A stretch of DNA of 64,000 nt from a virus: IMG/VR virus record IMGVR_UViG_3300046370_000202. One strand, given 5' to 3'. The position numbers and the translations under genes were made by a program. Shown here piece by piece: positions 19,697 through 31,560 of the stretch. The notes beneath the pieces were generated by a model. That model worked only from the letters and a program-made list of their open reading frames with translations, searched no databases and was not told the DNA's origin. The number at the start of each line of letters is the position of its first letter. The stretch's first letter is position 1.

Positions 19697-22600
19697 TTAG
19701 TGATGCGCAACGTCAGTTCCATCTTCGGAATCTGACCCTGTACTGTCACCACTGCCTCCTGCACCCGAAGTGCCAGAACTTTGTGCTGGGGTTAACTCTC
19801 TAGAGATGCGGTGATAGAATATTGAGATGCCGGGATTACTCTGGTCTAATTCTTCTAGATCACCCTTGAAGTAAGTGTACCCATCATTAGCGTCAATAGA
19901 TACAATTTGTGTATCATCAAGACCTTGTGTTTGAGAAAGGTCATATGTTATACTAGATCCATTCCAATAAATGCTAGCTATATTAAATTCGTCACCGCCG
20001 CTTATTATTTGAGAGATAGAGAAATAATACTGAGGTGCTGTTCTAGAATAGAAATCGAGTTCCGGTTCAGGTTCTGGTTCGGGCTCTGGTTCTGGTTCAG
20101 GACCTGGCTCAGGTTCGGGCTCTGGTTCTGGTTCAGGACCTGGCTCAGGTTCCGGTTCTGGTTCGGGTTCTGGTTCAGGTTGTGGTTCGGGTTCTGGACT
20201 TGGAGCAGGAGTATCTACTGGGTTCAAGTCTAGGTCAAACAACTCTCCAAACTTCTGCAGTCCGCTAGCAGTGATCAAAGAGATTGCACGAAGGTCTGTA
20301 ATCATCGGAGACTTAGATGAATTGTCAGACTTCATTACAATCATGACTTGGAACACAGTAAATGGTTCTGCGTCTAGTGTGTACTCATAGTCACGGAAAA
20401 TGTCCGGATTCTCATCTGTAGGCATTGGTGTGTCAATTTCAATTTTCGCCCACAACGCATCAGCAAATGCGTTCTCATCTAGAGATGTACGTGCGTACAC
20501 TTCAAACTCTGCACCACGTGCTCGGTTCGCTGCGAAGATAATTTTGAGACCTTCTGACAACTCATCAATGATCACAGGTGTTGTAATGTGTTGAGTTGCG
20601 TTTCCATTATCGATGACATTTTCTAGAGTAACTACAGAAACTCTTTGTAGATCAATCACAGGGGAAACTTTAGGGTCGCCCGTTGACATATCTAATTTGA
20701 ATTTTAATGTTTTTACGGGAGAGTTGTCTGAGGTAGCGACAACATTCGGATTCGTATTTACATTTAGGTCATTGAGCGACACGCTTTGTATTTTACTTAC
20801 AGGAGGATCCTGTGTATATGAGTGTTGTTGAAATGTACGACTAGACCCATACGAATCCGCCAGAGCTTTAGTTACGGTAGGTTGAATACTTGTAGACCTA
20901 GGTGAGAAAGACTGCACTTGTGGAATATATTGATCATAAACCACCTGTTGAGTTGCCGTGACGTTATTACCACCACCTTGCGCAGAACTTGTTGCTGCAG
21001 CCGGTGCGGTAATGGTATACCCTTCCCACGTCGGAGATTCTACAACAAATGATCCTGTAAGTTTGTCGGGAGTAAGTCCGCCCACATTACTTGATACGTC
21101 TGATAAGACGACAACATCACCACTACTAAATCCATGCCCTTGGTGTTGCACTTTAACTTTATTTGATCCTGCTTCAATAGTTTCAAACGGACTCTGAATC
21201 AAAGTCACTTTAGGTAACTCTGCATTCTCTAAGTGTAGTACACCAGAAGGAGCAAATTCTGCGCGATCCAGTTTAAACATCAAATCCTTAGTTTGATCTG
21301 GAGTCCACGTTGATCCGTTCTGCGACAAGAACAGAGAACCTAGTGTTGGTTGACGTGATACTCTGGCTTCACGAGAAGGTCCTACAACAAACTCATAAGT
21401 CTGTGCGGTATATACATTATAATCTACAGACTCAGCAAGTAGTACTATAGCATATTCTTCGCCAGGAGTCAAGTAAATTGGTTCATCAAATACAACTTCT
21501 GTTCCTCTTTCAGACAGGTAATCTATACCCTGTTCTTGTGCGTCTGCTAAAGGTGTCACCATGATATCTTCTGAATTGACAAACTTTACTGCGCCTGGTA
21601 CAATACGATTTGTAGGTACGCCATTCTCTACTGCTCGGATTTGAACTTGCATAGGAATGACAGAGTCTTTACTCTCAACATAAACATGTGCTTTGGTGAT
21701 AAAGATGCCGTTTGGATTTTCTACTTGATCAACAAAGAATGTCTGCGCAAGTGGATCTCGCCAATAAGTTGTTTCAACAATACGCGTTGTACGCATAGTA
21801 CGTTGTATTGTCTCGATAGTACCCACCGAAGTGTATCCTGCGCGACTGACCGCAGTAGAATCTTCTTCATTGTTTTTGCTGATGTCAAGTAGTTTAAATT
21901 CTTGCCGACCAGTTCTAAAGCTAATATCTGGAGTGTTGGGTAAGAAGAAAGAACCTATCAGTTCTCCTTTATCGTCAGTTACTAGGTCGCCTTTGCCGCC
22001 TAATTCGGTAGGATATTCGGTTGCATTAGAATATTGATTGCCGTATTCGGTTGGGTCGTCAGAGAAGTTGACATAAGTAGACTCTGGTCTTACCCAATCA
22101 TTCACATCTTTGTTGCCAAAGAAAGCCCACATAGGACTATTAGGCCTCAATCCCTGTACCCTAAATGATATTTTGCGAGAACGCATGAAAGGAATAATCT
22201 CCACATCCAGAATGCGTTCTCCTATAAATTCTTGAATTGTTTTTGACGTTACTTTAGATCTAATTTTATTATTAGGTCTTGAGAAGAAAGTAGGCAAATA
22301 AGTCGTAATACGACGTACAACATTCTGCATTATATCGGGCAGTCTTTTAGTCTCTACCCATTCGTCAGATGACGGAGACAATGTCATATGTCCGTTAGAA
22401 GTGATAACCGCAAAAGGGTTAATGTTGTCTGTACCAGTCGCTAATAGTTGAGATATTATTGTAACGTTTGTATGAGGTAGAGTAACAAGGTCTCCTTTCT
22501 TAGAGGCGGTATTTTGTATGTTGGTTGCATCATACATTAAACGTACAGAATTTTCCACGAATGATGGACGCAATAAACCATCCGGATCTACCGATGCTCT

Positions 22601-25276
22601 ATAAGCAGGATTATGCACGTCAGAAAAGTTCAGTGTGCTAAAGTTATCCGCAATGAATCCCGCTTTGGTACGAGGGTTGCCGTTCGCATCTAATACTTGT
22701 AAGACGTTGGTATTAGTCTCAAGGAAACTCAATGCAGTCAACTCGTACAATGTCTCTACGCGATCAGACAACTTAGAGATGTCTTTCATTGTGAACCGGC
22801 GATTAGGTATGTATGTGCTGATCACATCCGAACGGTCGAATGTGTATGCGTTCAACGTGAACTTGTATAACGCTAATGATCCTGCGGGCGTCTCTGGTTC
22901 GCGTGGATCAATAGATGGTTGACCCTGAATAACTTGTAATTCCCCAAAACCTATATCTCCACGACTGTCTGTAGAGTTCACTACAAGAATATCCGTACGC
23001 GGTAAGTAGTAATCAACTTGATTAATTATAATCGATGAGGCGTTCTGTGGCAACTCGATGATATCAAAAGAGTCTTGTGGCTGAACAACATCTCTATCTG
23101 GTCTGAAATCTAGTACATCGCGTAAAGAGATTGTCTCTCCAGTGCTAATTGTGGTGTGTGAAGGGATATCTTCATATGCTAGTCCAGTGTATGAACTCGC
23201 AGCAAAGAATTTGCCACCATCTATACGTTCGAAGTACTCAAAGGAAATTTCTATTGATACGTTAGGTCCGTGTGGGATAGTGTATCCTTCTTTTACGAAA
23301 GCTTTTGCGATATCATAATAGTTGTCTCGTTGACCGCCATCTAAATCAAACTGGAATGTGATGTCTGTAGTTGTACTACCGTTAGTTAGTTGGACAGATG
23401 TTATTGAAATCGCGTCGACAACCGACAAAGAAATATGCGTTGTTTCTTGAGTCACATTTATTGTTTTCGACCCCGTAGTGACTGTTTTTGTTTTAGGGGA
23501 GATAGACTCTTGCTTAAAGTATGCGATCGCATATGTCTTATTGTCATCTAATCCGGAATACGTTGATGAATTATCAGAATTGGGTGTAGGGGCAATTTTA
23601 AGAATTGGTCCGTTTACTTCTGAAATTATCCAACTAGAAGATTCAACACCCGCAATAGTAATTACCCCGCCAGATGGCTGGTCTGTTCTAAATTTTTGTG
23701 ATGTGTAAGAAGCGCCTTGAATGCTGTTTTGTTCCGGAGATTTATATGGCAACGCGAATAACAGATCGTTATTAGATGTTCCATATAGTGTGGTATCAAA
23801 TGTAAGCGGTGTTTGGTCTGAATCTGTATCGAAAGATAAAGGTCTTAGTGGGATATCATTTCCAAATTCATCCTGTAAATATCTTACACCTGAGAATGGG
23901 TAACGAGCACTAGTTACGACAGTCTGGCCGTCGCTGTCAGTATACTCAATTTTATCCATTTTAATGTCAAAGACATACAAGCGATAACCTACACCATCTC
24001 TTTGAATTCCTCTAATGTGTGCGGTTCCTAACAATTGTGTGACTTCTTGATAAACTCCAAATAAGTTTACTTTGCCAAATGTGCCTAGTTGACCGAACCC
24101 TTCAGTACGATCTGGATCAATGTATACCCAGTTTCCATATACAGCAGGTACCGCCTCTTGTGTCTGTGTTCGCGTCTCACGGGCTTTAGGTACAGTTATG
24201 TCAGTAGTACCTACTTCTAAACGATAACCGTCTACGTACGCGACACCCTCTGTAACGTCTAAGTTTAGACTTGTGCCATCTTCTTCTAGGTCTTCAAAGA
24301 TAGCTCTAAACTCTTCGACAACATAGTCGCCAGATTCTTCTTTCGTGCGAAGTGCCAGTAGATCATTGACACGATTATATGCGTCAAATGTACTAATCTC
24401 TCGTGTAATCACGCCGTTAACGATACGAGCAACGAATACAAAGTTATCTTCTCCGGCCTCTTTACGTGTAGACGGAATTAGTTTAATCTGATAACGATCT
24501 GCGCCTGGGGCGGTTCTATCAGGAACTTCGCCTTGATTGTCGTATAACTTTGGATCTTCGTTTGATGACGGTCCACCCGCTTTGACTATATTCTGTTCTA
24601 TCTTAAATCCAAAGTCTACTGTGGGAGTGCCACTATACTTGTCAACGAATGTGCTGCCGCCACTTAGATATACAAAATGTCCTTGTACAAAAAAGTCCCC
24701 CGACGAAAAATATGCTTTAGTCGATTTACCCGAAGCTGGAATAACAAGATCTAGTCCATCATCTCCAGTGACTATCGTATCTGGACCTACGACCATGTTA
24801 ACTCCACCAGTGCCATCTGCAAAAGATAGAACATTGGTGGCGTCTACACGAGGAGAAATGGTTGTATCAGTAACACCTAATGTGCTTGTATATTGTACGT
24901 ATAGTGTAGCTGGATCGCCTGTAGGATTTGATGGATTGGGAACAACCGCATCATGCAACTCTATAATCTTAAACTCGACTTCACCATTCGTCAACACATC
25001 CCCAACGGAAGCACTTGTAATATCACTGCCGGACGTTAATCTAATATACTCCAATCCATTATCTACAGTCGCACCGCCTGGATTGACCATCGCACCTTCT
25101 TTAAAGATGTTCTGACCGAATCGTGCGATTTCTTCTTGAATGATTGTTTGTTGTTCGATTAGTTCACGAGCTTGAAGCGCACGACCGGAATTGTATAGGA
25201 CACGATAGTAACCGTCATTCGCGTCATAGAAATCGCGATATGTTTCTCTGAACGTTTTGTTTGTAAAATCTACCAT
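19697..25276 (-). CDS. VrlC-like (DUF4815-type) large virion structural protein with PE-repeat linker and appended C-terminal domain
   Basis: [67 protein letters not shown] motifs. Confidence 0.85.
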   Translation of the reverse strand: MVDFTNKTFRETYRDFYDANDGYYRVLYNSGRALQARELIEQQTIIQEEIARFGQNIFKEGAMVNPGGATVDNGLEYIRLTSGSDITSASVGDVLTNGEVEFKIIELHDAVVPNPSNPTGDPATLYVQYTSTLGVTDTTISPRVDATNVLSFADGTGGVNMVVGPDTIVTGDDGLDLVIPASGKSTKAYFSSGDFFVQGHFVYLSGGSTFVDKYSGTPTVDFGFKIEQNIVKAGGPSSNEDPKLYDNQGEVPDRTAPGADRYQIKLIPSTRKEAGEDNFVFVARIVNGVITREISTFDAYNRVNDLLALRTKEESGDYVVEEFRAIFEDLEEDGTSLNLDVTEGVAYVDGYRLEVGTTDITVPKARETRTQTQEAVPAVYGNWVYIDPDRTEGFGQLGTFGKVNLFGVYQEVTQLLGTAHIRGIQRDGVGYRLYVFDIKMDKIEYTDSDGQTVVTSARYPFSGVRYLQDEFGNDIPLRPLSFDTDSDQTPLTFDTTLYGTSNNDLLFALPYKSPEQNSIQGASYTSQKFRTDQPSGGVITIAGVESSSWIISEVNGPILKIAPTPNSDNSSTYSGLDDNKTYAIAYFKQESISPKTKTVTTGSKTINVTQETTHISLSVVDAISITSVQLTNGSTTTDITFQFDLDGGQRDNYYDIAKAFVKEGYTIPHGPNVSIEISFEYFERIDGGKFFAASSYTGLAYEDIPSHTTISTGETISLRDVLDFRPDRDVVQPQDSFDIIELPQNASSIIINQVDYYLPRTDILVVNSTDSRGDIGFGELQVIQGQPSIDPREPETPAGSLALYKFTLNAYTFDRSDVISTYIPNRRFTMKDISKLSDRVETLYELTALSFLETNTNVLQVLDANGNPRTKAGFIADNFSTLNFSDVHNPAYRASVDPDGLLRPSFVENSVRLMYDATNIQNTASKKGDLVTLPHTNVTIISQLLATGTDNINPFAVITSNGHMTLSPSSDEWVETKRLPDIMQNVVRRITTYLPTFFSRPNNKIRSKVTSKTIQEFIGERILDVEIIPFMRSRKISFRVQGLRPNSPMWAFFGNKDVNDWVRPESTYVNFSDDPTEYGNQYSNATEYPTELGGKGDLVTDDKGELIGSFFLPNTPDISFRTGRQEFKLLDISKNNEEDSTAVSRAGYTSVGTIETIQRTMRTTRIVETTYWRDPLAQTFFVDQVENPNGIFITKAHVYVESKDSVIPMQVQIRAVENGVPTNRIVPGAVKFVNSEDIMVTPLADAQEQGIDYLSERGTEVVFDEPIYLTPGEEYAIVLLAESVDYNVYTAQTYEFVVGPSREARVSRQPTLGSLFLSQNGSTWTPDQTKDLMFKLDRAEFAPSGVLHLENAELPKVTLIQSPFETIEAGSNKVKVQHQGHGFSSGDVVVLSDVSSNVGGLTPDKLTGSFVVESPTWEGYTITAPAAATSSAQGGGNNVTATQQVVYDQYIPQVQSFSPRSTSIQPTVTKALADSYGSSRTFQQHSYTQDPPVSKIQSVSLNDLNVNTNPNVVATSDNSPVKTLKFKLDMSTGDPKVSPVIDLQRVSVVTLENVIDNGNATQHITTPVIIDELSEGLKIIFAANRARGAEFEVYARTSLDENAFADALWAKIEIDTPMPTDENPDIFRDYEYTLDAEPFTVFQVMIVMKSDNSSKSPMITDLRAISLITASGLQKFGELFDLDLNPVDTPAPSPEPEPQPEPEPEPEPEPEPGPEPEPEPEPEPGPEPEPEPEPEPEPELDFYSRTAPQYYFSISQIISGGDEFNIASIYWNGSSITYDLSQTQGLDDTQIVSIDANDGYTYFKGDLEELDQSNPGISIFYHRISRELTPAQSSGTSGAGGSGDSTGSDSEDGTDVAHH
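20061..20210 (-). repeat. (PE)n Pro-Glu linker repeat
   Basis: [40 protein letters not shown]... Confidence 0.9.
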
Positions 25277-25284
25277 GATTAATC

Positions 25285-26676
25285 CTATACAGTAATTACT
25301 ATTTTAATGTCTTCTTGTTGCTCTTCATCACGTCGAATGCGCGCTCGATTCTCAATATATAGCACGTCACCACTGGAACGATCAATGACATTTTTTAAAT
25401 TAATGCTATCAATTTCTCCAACTAAAACGACCCCTGTTTGAGTAACAGCTTCGCCAGATACAAATTGTTCAAATCCTGTCGATAGGTTTTGATGATAAAA
25501 AACTTCATTTCCTAAACTATCATCAACATATGCACGTGCACCAGACTGTGCGCCTACGATTTCTTTGCCTTTATCAAATGGAGAATCATTGACCAGTACA
25601 AGTGAAGATAACACTTTTGCAGAAGTGTTGGTATAAGGAATTGGATTACCTTCGGTATCTAAATCTAAAGACAATGGATTTTTAATAAGTCCCATTTGAC
25701 GAAATGAATTCTGTACAATAAATGTATCTGCTACGGTGCCGTCTGGTTTGATATTGACCATTACAGAACTTGTTTTTAAATCGTCTATAGGATCATAGCC
25801 CAAACCTTTCATGGTCGTAACGACCGCTTCTACTACAGAAGGCGATGATCCGTCCACAATTTCAAAGGATGCATACGTATAACCAGATCCATAGTTTGTC
25901 ATGTTTACCCCGACAAGGTTTCCCTCTTCGTCAATGACTGATACTGCGGCCGCGGTTCCATCACCATCACCATGAATATAAACTGTTGGGGGATTAGATT
26001 GTGAATATCCGGTACCTGCTGTTACGATCCGGGCTCGAATAATTTGTCCCCCTACTGCAGATGATTTTACCTGATACTGTAAATCTTCGATCGGGTCACC
26101 CACAGCTAAAGAATCTTCAGATTCCTGTATAGGCATATGGTTAGAAGATAAAAATTGGTAGATGTTTTCTGGTGTTAGAGAATATAGAAACTTCCAAACG
26201 TACCCGTCAGAAGTAGTAAAAGGTTTCCAATACTCTGCTTCATTATCCGCATTTCTGTCTGCATCTAACCCATAATTAGGTTCGATAATCGATGGTACTG
26301 GGTCACCTGTTGCATTAAAGGATGGAGATAGACACACATAAACTTCTTTCGCGTCCGTCAGTACGTAGAAGGGCGTCCAGTTCTCATCAATATCTGATTT
26401 AACACTATCGTCCCATCCAGAGTAGACTGAACCATATGACCAGTTTACACGTTTAACAACCAGAGTAGATCCTTCGACCTTTTTGATCGACTGTAGGTTG
26501 TTTCTGAATTCACGTTCTTCCCGTAAACAATCGACAGGGTCAATCACAGAGTCGGCTTGATTAAAGGTATCGCATTTACCGATACCGATATAATACTCAT
26601 TGCTAGAATTCTGAACATCTGTCAGAAGATCACGCGCCAGAGTCCTGCTCATTGTTTGTCTTACTATAGCTGGCAT
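25285..26676 (-). CDS. gp8: Baseplate wedge protein gp8-like
   Basis: [46 protein letters not shown]. Confidence 0.85.
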   Translation of the reverse strand: MPAIVRQTMSRTLARDLLTDVQNSSNEYYIGIGKCDTFNQADSVIDPVDCLREEREFRNNLQSIKKVEGSTLVVKRVNWSYGSVYSGWDDSVKSDIDENWTPFYVLTDAKEVYVCLSPSFNATGDPVPSIIEPNYGLDADRNADNEAEYWKPFTTSDGYVWKFLYSLTPENIYQFLSSNHMPIQESEDSLAVGDPIEDLQYQVKSSAVGGQIIRARIVTAGTGYSQSNPPTVYIHGDGDGTAAAVSVIDEEGNLVGVNMTNYGSGYTYASFEIVDGSSPSVVEAVVTTMKGLGYDPIDDLKTSSVMVNIKPDGTVADTFIVQNSFRQMGLIKNPLSLDLDTEGNPIPYTNTSAKVLSSLVLVNDSPFDKGKEIVGAQSGARAYVDDSLGNEVFYHQNLSTGFEQFVSGEAVTQTGVVLVGEIDSINLKNVIDRSSGDVLYIENRARIRRDEEQQEDIKIVITV

Positions 26677-26732
26677 TTTCTTTTCCTGTAAAAAACCTTA
26701 TCTTATATATAGGGGGTTTGTTAAAATTTATA

Positions 26733-29700
26733 TTATAATAAACCGATTTTGACACGAAGACCAGATCCATCATAGATCTTAATACCGTCATCGGTAATTT
26801 CTGTACGCGCACCTGACTGTCCGACACCGACGTTTAGGTTTCCTTTTACCTGAGTGTCTTGTAGTTCTACCACTCCGTCAGTGACCTTGAATGGTGCGGT
26901 ACCATTACCACTACCTGTTCTTACTTGGAAGTCACGTGCGGTGATTATAAACTCAGAAACACTGTCAGTTGATGCTCCATCGGTAGAGTTTCTCAACTCA
27001 AACCCAGTGAACTCTCCGTTAGCGTTTAGCCCAACTGTGTATCTTTGATCGATATTGATTAATCCGTTTTCATTTGCTGTGACGCGGTTTTCAAGAGATT
27101 GTGTAGCCGTCGCGACGACACCTTCCACGTCAGCGTCTAGAACATAACCCGCACTCTGAATGGTAGCGATATTACCTTCCGTGGCGTCGATTCTTCCGGA
27201 TAATGTGCTGGTCGTTCCTACTGTAGCATAAGTTCCGTTTAAGTCTAATTCAGATTCAAAAGATGTTATCTCAGCGTTAACGATTGAAGTTATTGCTTCG
27301 GAAGAAAGTATCTGAGATTCTAGTTCTTGTTTCGCAGTATTAACGGCACTTGTTAGTTCTCCGCCTGTCACCCGATCAAGAGACTGGTCAAAGGTTGTGA
27401 TCTTAGTATCGATTAAACTATTGACCTCAGCGTCTGTTCGAATTTCTGACCGAAGTTCATCTTTTGCATTGCTAACTAAAGTTGCAGCGACTCCAGCGGT
27501 CTCATAGTTGAGTGTTCCAGAAAACTCAGTAATCTTAGTATTAACGATTGCTGTCGCTTCAGCATTGTCTAATAACTCAGATCTTAGTTCATCCTTGGCG
27601 CTGTTAACGGCGGAAGTCAATTCACCGTCAGTGACTCGGTCAAGAGACTGGTCAAAGGTTGTGATCTTGGTATCGATTAAAGAATTAATCTCGCCGTTGG
27701 TTCGAATTTCTGACCGAAGTTCATCCTTAGCGGCGCTAACTAGAGATGAAGCAACACCTGCTGTTTCGTAATTCAGGGTACCAGAAAACTCCGTGATCTT
27801 AGTATTGACAATAGCGGTTGCTTCAGCATTGTCTAATAACTCAGATCTTAGTTCATCCTTGGCGCTGTTGACAGCATTGGTTAGTTCTCCATCCGTGACT
27901 CGGTCTAAGCTTTGGTCGAATGTTGTGATCTTGGTATCGATTAAAGAATTAATCTCGCCGTTGGTTCGGATTTCAGATCTTAGTTCATCTTTGGCGTCAC
28001 TGACCAATGAAGCTGCGACACCTGCTGTTTCATAATTTAAAGTTCCAGAAAACTCTGTGATCTTAGTATTAACGATTGCTGTTGCTTCAGCATTGTCTAA
28101 TAGTTCTGACCTAAGTTCATCCTTGGCGCTGTTGACGGCACTCGTTAGTTCTCCGTCTGTAACCCGATCAAGTGACTGATCGAATGTCGTGATCTTAGTA
28201 TCGATTAGAGTATTAATCTCACCGTCGGTGCGTATCTCAGACCTCAGTTCATCTTTTGCATTGCTAACTAAAGTTGCAGCGACTCCAGCGGTCTCGTAAT
28301 TCAGGGTACCAGAAAACTCTGTGATCTTAGTATTAACGATTGCTGTCGCTTCAGCATTGTCCAATAGTTCTGCCCTAAGTTCATCTTTAACTGAATTTGT
28401 CGCAGAGGTCAATTCACCATCTGTTACCCGATCAAGTGACTGATCGAATGTCGTGATCTTAGTATCGATTAGAGTATTAATTTCTCCATCTGTTCGTATT
28501 TCAGATCTCAACTCGTCCTTAGCGTCGCTGACTAATGTAGCGGCCACTCCAGCAGTTTCATAATTGAGTGTGCCTGAGAACTCTGTGATCTTAGTATTGA
28601 CAATAGCGGTTGCTTCAGCATTGTCTAATAGTTCTGCTCTAAGCTCATCTTTAACCGTGTTCGTTGCGGAAGTCAATTCACCATCTGTTACCCGATCAAG
28701 AGACTGATCAAACTCAGTAATTTTAGTGTTGATTAAATTATTGATTTCCCCATCAGTACGTATTTCACTACGTAGCTGATCAGTCGCATCATTGACTAAT
28801 ACAGTTACTTCAGAATCAGTAGCATAAGAAACACCCTGATTTATTTCTGTGATCTTAGTATCAATTAAAGAATTGATTTCGCCATCAGTACGTATCTCAG
28901 ACCGCAATTCATCCTTGGCATCACTGACTAAAGTTGCAGCGACACCTGCTTGTTCGTATGTTAGTGAACTACTAAACTCTGTAATCTTACTGTTGACAAT
29001 TGATGTGATTTCGGAGTCCGATCTTATCTCAGACCTTAATGCATCTTCGACAGAAGTAGTCGCTGTAACGACAAAATCGGAATCTATCGCATTAAGTAAT
29101 TCTTGTTCTACTGAAGTTACCCTACCGCCTAACGCAAACAGTTCATCTGAGTTTTGTCCAACAAGAGCATAGAGATCATCAGTAGTGCTCGATAAAATAG
29201 CAACCACCAAATCAGAATCTATACCTTCTTGCAAAGCCGCGTCTAATTGCAGGACCCTTTGAGAGATAACAACTAAGTCACTATCTGTCTGTATGATTTG
29301 AGTTGCCATACTATCAAGGGCAAGTCCATTCGCTTGAATTCCTGCACGTAAGTCGCTCTCATCAATAGCATCCAAAGAAACTTCTAGTTGAGTGACGCTT
29401 TGTGATAATATCGATATACCACTATCGTTTTGTTGAACTAACGTTTCAAGTGACTGTCTGGCTCCGGCTTCTGCGTCGATGCGCACACCTAGATCTGAAT
29501 CTATCGATGCGATCTGTGAACCTAGATTAGTAATTTGAGAAGACTGAGAGACTATATTGCCTTCTGTCTGTTCAACACGTGTTTCTAATAAATTTGTCGC
29601 CGTCGAGTTCGCAGAAATGGACGTACCTAAGTTTGAGTCGAGTTGATTTAATTCGCTACTCAACGATGTGATTCTTTGAGACTCTACAGATATGCTGTTT

Positions 29701-30608
29701 GTGTTTTGTACGATCTGAGAAGATAACGCATCTCGGGAAGTTGCTGCCGCATCTAATCGTTGATTTAAATCCGAATCATTTTGGGACAACGTTGCGGACA
29801 GTGAAGTCACGTCCTCAGACAATATTTGTAAGTCAGAATCTGTTTGTTGAATTAGTGCGGTCAAAGAGTTCGTAGCGGACGCGACAGCAGAATCTGTGTT
29901 ATTAGATAAGGAAGACTCTAAGTTAGTGATCTGTTGCGACAGTATCGTTAACTCAGAATCATTCGCATTAATCATTGCGGTGAGGCTGTCAGTAGCAGTG
30001 GCGACCGCTGAGTTTGTATTGTTTGTTAATGAAACTTCTAAATCTGTTACTTGCTGTGCCAATACCGTGACGTCGGAGTCGGTTTCTTGTATCAATGATG
30101 TAAGACTTGTGGTCGCCGTTGATACTGCTTCGCCGATATCCGTTGTTAATGATGTATTTAATTCGGTGATCTGCTGTTGAAGTTGAATAAAGTCACTATC
30201 AACTATGCTTAAAATCGTCGCAGTATCTAAATTCGCATTAGATAATGCAATAATATCTGCAGAATCTAGACCTTCAGGAATCAATGCGAGAACTTGTGAT
30301 GAATCTAGTCCGGCGCTATCGATAGCAGACTGCATCCCGATAAGGATCGCGTCGTGATTATCAACCCTAGCGCTCAGCAAAGTAATTGAACTTTGGTTTG
30401 CGATGATTCCGGATAGATCAACACCGTCCATGGCATCATCTACAGCATTCGTCACGTAGTTAGATAAAAACTCAACGGTCACATCACCTAATGTAGTGAT
30501 CTCATAGAGTTCTTGGAAGTTAAGATTGATCTTTTCGCTGGCTTCGCGGAGTGTATCTCCCGTACCGTCGTTTGCTGATCCACCAGTGTTTAGAATTCTT
30601 CTTGTCAT
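26733..30608 (-). CDS. Baseplate-attached fibre: gp9/gp10-like N-terminus, long coiled coil, 88-aa tandem repeats, gpJ-C-like tip
   Basis: ILNTGGSANDGTGDTLREASEKINLNFQELY N-terminus; SEFIITARDFQV...APFKV...RVKIGLL C-terminus. Confidence 0.8.
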   Translation of the reverse strand: MTRRILNTGGSANDGTGDTLREASEKINLNFQELYEITTLGDVTVEFLSNYVTNAVDDAMDGVDLSGIIANQSSITLLSARVDNHDAILIGMQSAIDSAGLDSSQVLALIPEGLDSADIIALSNANLDTATILSIVDSDFIQLQQQITELNTSLTTDIGEAVSTATTSLTSLIQETDSDVTVLAQQVTDLEVSLTNNTNSAVATATDSLTAMINANDSELTILSQQITNLESSLSNNTDSAVASATNSLTALIQQTDSDLQILSEDVTSLSATLSQNDSDLNQRLDAAATSRDALSSQIVQNTNSISVESQRITSLSSELNQLDSNLGTSISANSTATNLLETRVEQTEGNIVSQSSQITNLGSQIASIDSDLGVRIDAEAGARQSLETLVQQNDSGISILSQSVTQLEVSLDAIDESDLRAGIQANGLALDSMATQIIQTDSDLVVISQRVLQLDAALQEGIDSDLVVAILSSTTDDLYALVGQNSDELFALGGRVTSVEQELLNAIDSDFVVTATTSVEDALRSEIRSDSEITSIVNSKITEFSSSLTYEQAGVAATLVSDAKDELRSEIRTDGEINSLIDTKITEINQGVSYATDSEVTVLVNDATDQLRSEIRTDGEINNLINTKITEFDQSLDRVTDGELTSATNTVKDELRAELLDNAEATAIVNTKITEFSGTLNYETAGVAATLVSDAKDELRSEIRTDGEINTLIDTKITTFDQSLDRVTDGELTSATNSVKDELRAELLDNAEATAIVNTKITEFSGTLNYETAGVAATLVSNAKDELRSEIRTDGEINTLIDTKITTFDQSLDRVTDGELTSAVNSAKDELRSELLDNAEATAIVNTKITEFSGTLNYETAGVAASLVSDAKDELRSEIRTNGEINSLIDTKITTFDQSLDRVTDGELTNAVNSAKDELRSELLDNAEATAIVNTKITEFSGTLNYETAGVASSLVSAAKDELRSEIRTNGEINSLIDTKITTFDQSLDRVTDGELTSAVNSAKDELRSELLDNAEATAIVNTKITEFSGTLNYETAGVAATLVSNAKDELRSEIRTDAEVNSLIDTKITTFDQSLDRVTGGELTSAVNTAKQELESQILSSEAITSIVNAEITSFESELDLNGTYATVGTTSTLSGRIDATEGNIATIQSAGYVLDADVEGVVATATQSLENRVTANENGLINIDQRYTVGLNANGEFTGFELRNSTDGASTDSVSEFIITARDFQVRTGSGNGTAPFKVTDGVVELQDTQVKGNLNVGVGQSGARTEITDDGIKIYDGSGLRVKIGLL
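27250..29050 (-). repeat. 264-bp (88-aa = 2 x 44-aa) tandem repeat, ~5 near-identical copies plus degenerate flanks
   Basis: LNYETAGVA coding sequence recurs at ~27501, 27765, 28029, 28293, 28557. Confidence 0.9.
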
Positions 30609-30609
30609 T

Positions 30610-31560
30610 TTACCCGCCGTGTTCTTCTGCGTCTAGATTTTCGTAGGTTTGTGATAAATCAAGTGTACCATCATCTAGTGTAGGTGGTTTCACGCCAGCC
30701 CATTCTCCGACCGTACCGAAGTCGTCGGATAGTTGTTGCAGTGTAATTGTATCGTACTTATCAAGAGTCTCAAGCGAACTAATGATAATACCTGTACCAT
30801 CGTCCTTCTGCGCCTGCGTACGTGCGTCGACCGGATCGTTCTCTTCCATAACGAGTAGAGAGTAGGTCGGAGCGAGGCTGCCTGACTGAGTTGTTTCAAG
30901 AACGACTGGGTAGTTAGGGATTTCTAATGGATCGGTCGTCTGACCTGCCATTACATTTAGGTCACTAAACCCTTGAGTCTCTGTCTCGCCCGCCAGATAG
31001 AACCCCGCAGGGTGTACCATCTTCTTGTACATTGCTTCGTAATCAGAGAACGATAGAGGTGTTTTTAAAAGAACTGAAAAGATCTGATATCGTCTGTCGT
31101 CTTGAATGTACTTCAATGAACTTGGTCCAATCAGAGACCCGTTTGGTTTATCGTTTAGCTTAAAAATGTTCTTCTTTGGATATGTAACTTCAATGTCCAC
31201 ACCATAGAAGGCTTTGAAAAATTGTTCTGCAGATAGTTGTGTGCCTTTGGATCTATAGAACCTTGATAGAAGGCGCGTCATAAATCTTGGGTCTGCATTT
31301 ACATTCTGATCAAACGAATCGGTATCTAAACCATCGCTGATTTCTCCTAACAACAAATCCAAATATTCTAAATCGGTAGTTGAGATATTACGTATATCAA
31401 TCAAGTTTTTGATTATATGATCTACGGATTCCTCTTTCTCAAAATCATAATATGTTTCTAGAAAAGAAACAAACAACGGATACTCTTCCTGAAAAAACGG
31501 AGGCAGTACTTGAGATACTTTTGATTGGTGAAATTTAGGATCTATTCTTAAATCTGACAT
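30610..31560 (-). CDS. Baseplate wedge initiator gp7-like (short form)
   Basis: LPPFFQEEYPLFVSFLETYYDF, FYRSKGT, IQDDRRYQIFS, VHPAGF; follows gp6. Confidence 0.7.
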   Translation of the reverse strand: MSDLRIDPKFHQSKVSQVLPPFFQEEYPLFVSFLETYYDFEKEESVDHIIKNLIDIRNISTTDLEYLDLLLGEISDGLDTDSFDQNVNADPRFMTRLLSRFYRSKGTQLSAEQFFKAFYGVDIEVTYPKKNIFKLNDKPNGSLIGPSSLKYIQDDRRYQIFSVLLKTPLSFSDYEAMYKKMVHPAGFYLAGETETQGFSDLNVMAGQTTDPLEIPNYPVVLETTQSGSLAPTYSLLVMEENDPVDARTQAQKDDGTGIIISSLETLDKYDTITLQQLSDDFGTVGEWAGVKPPTLDDGTLDLSQTYENLDAEEHGG

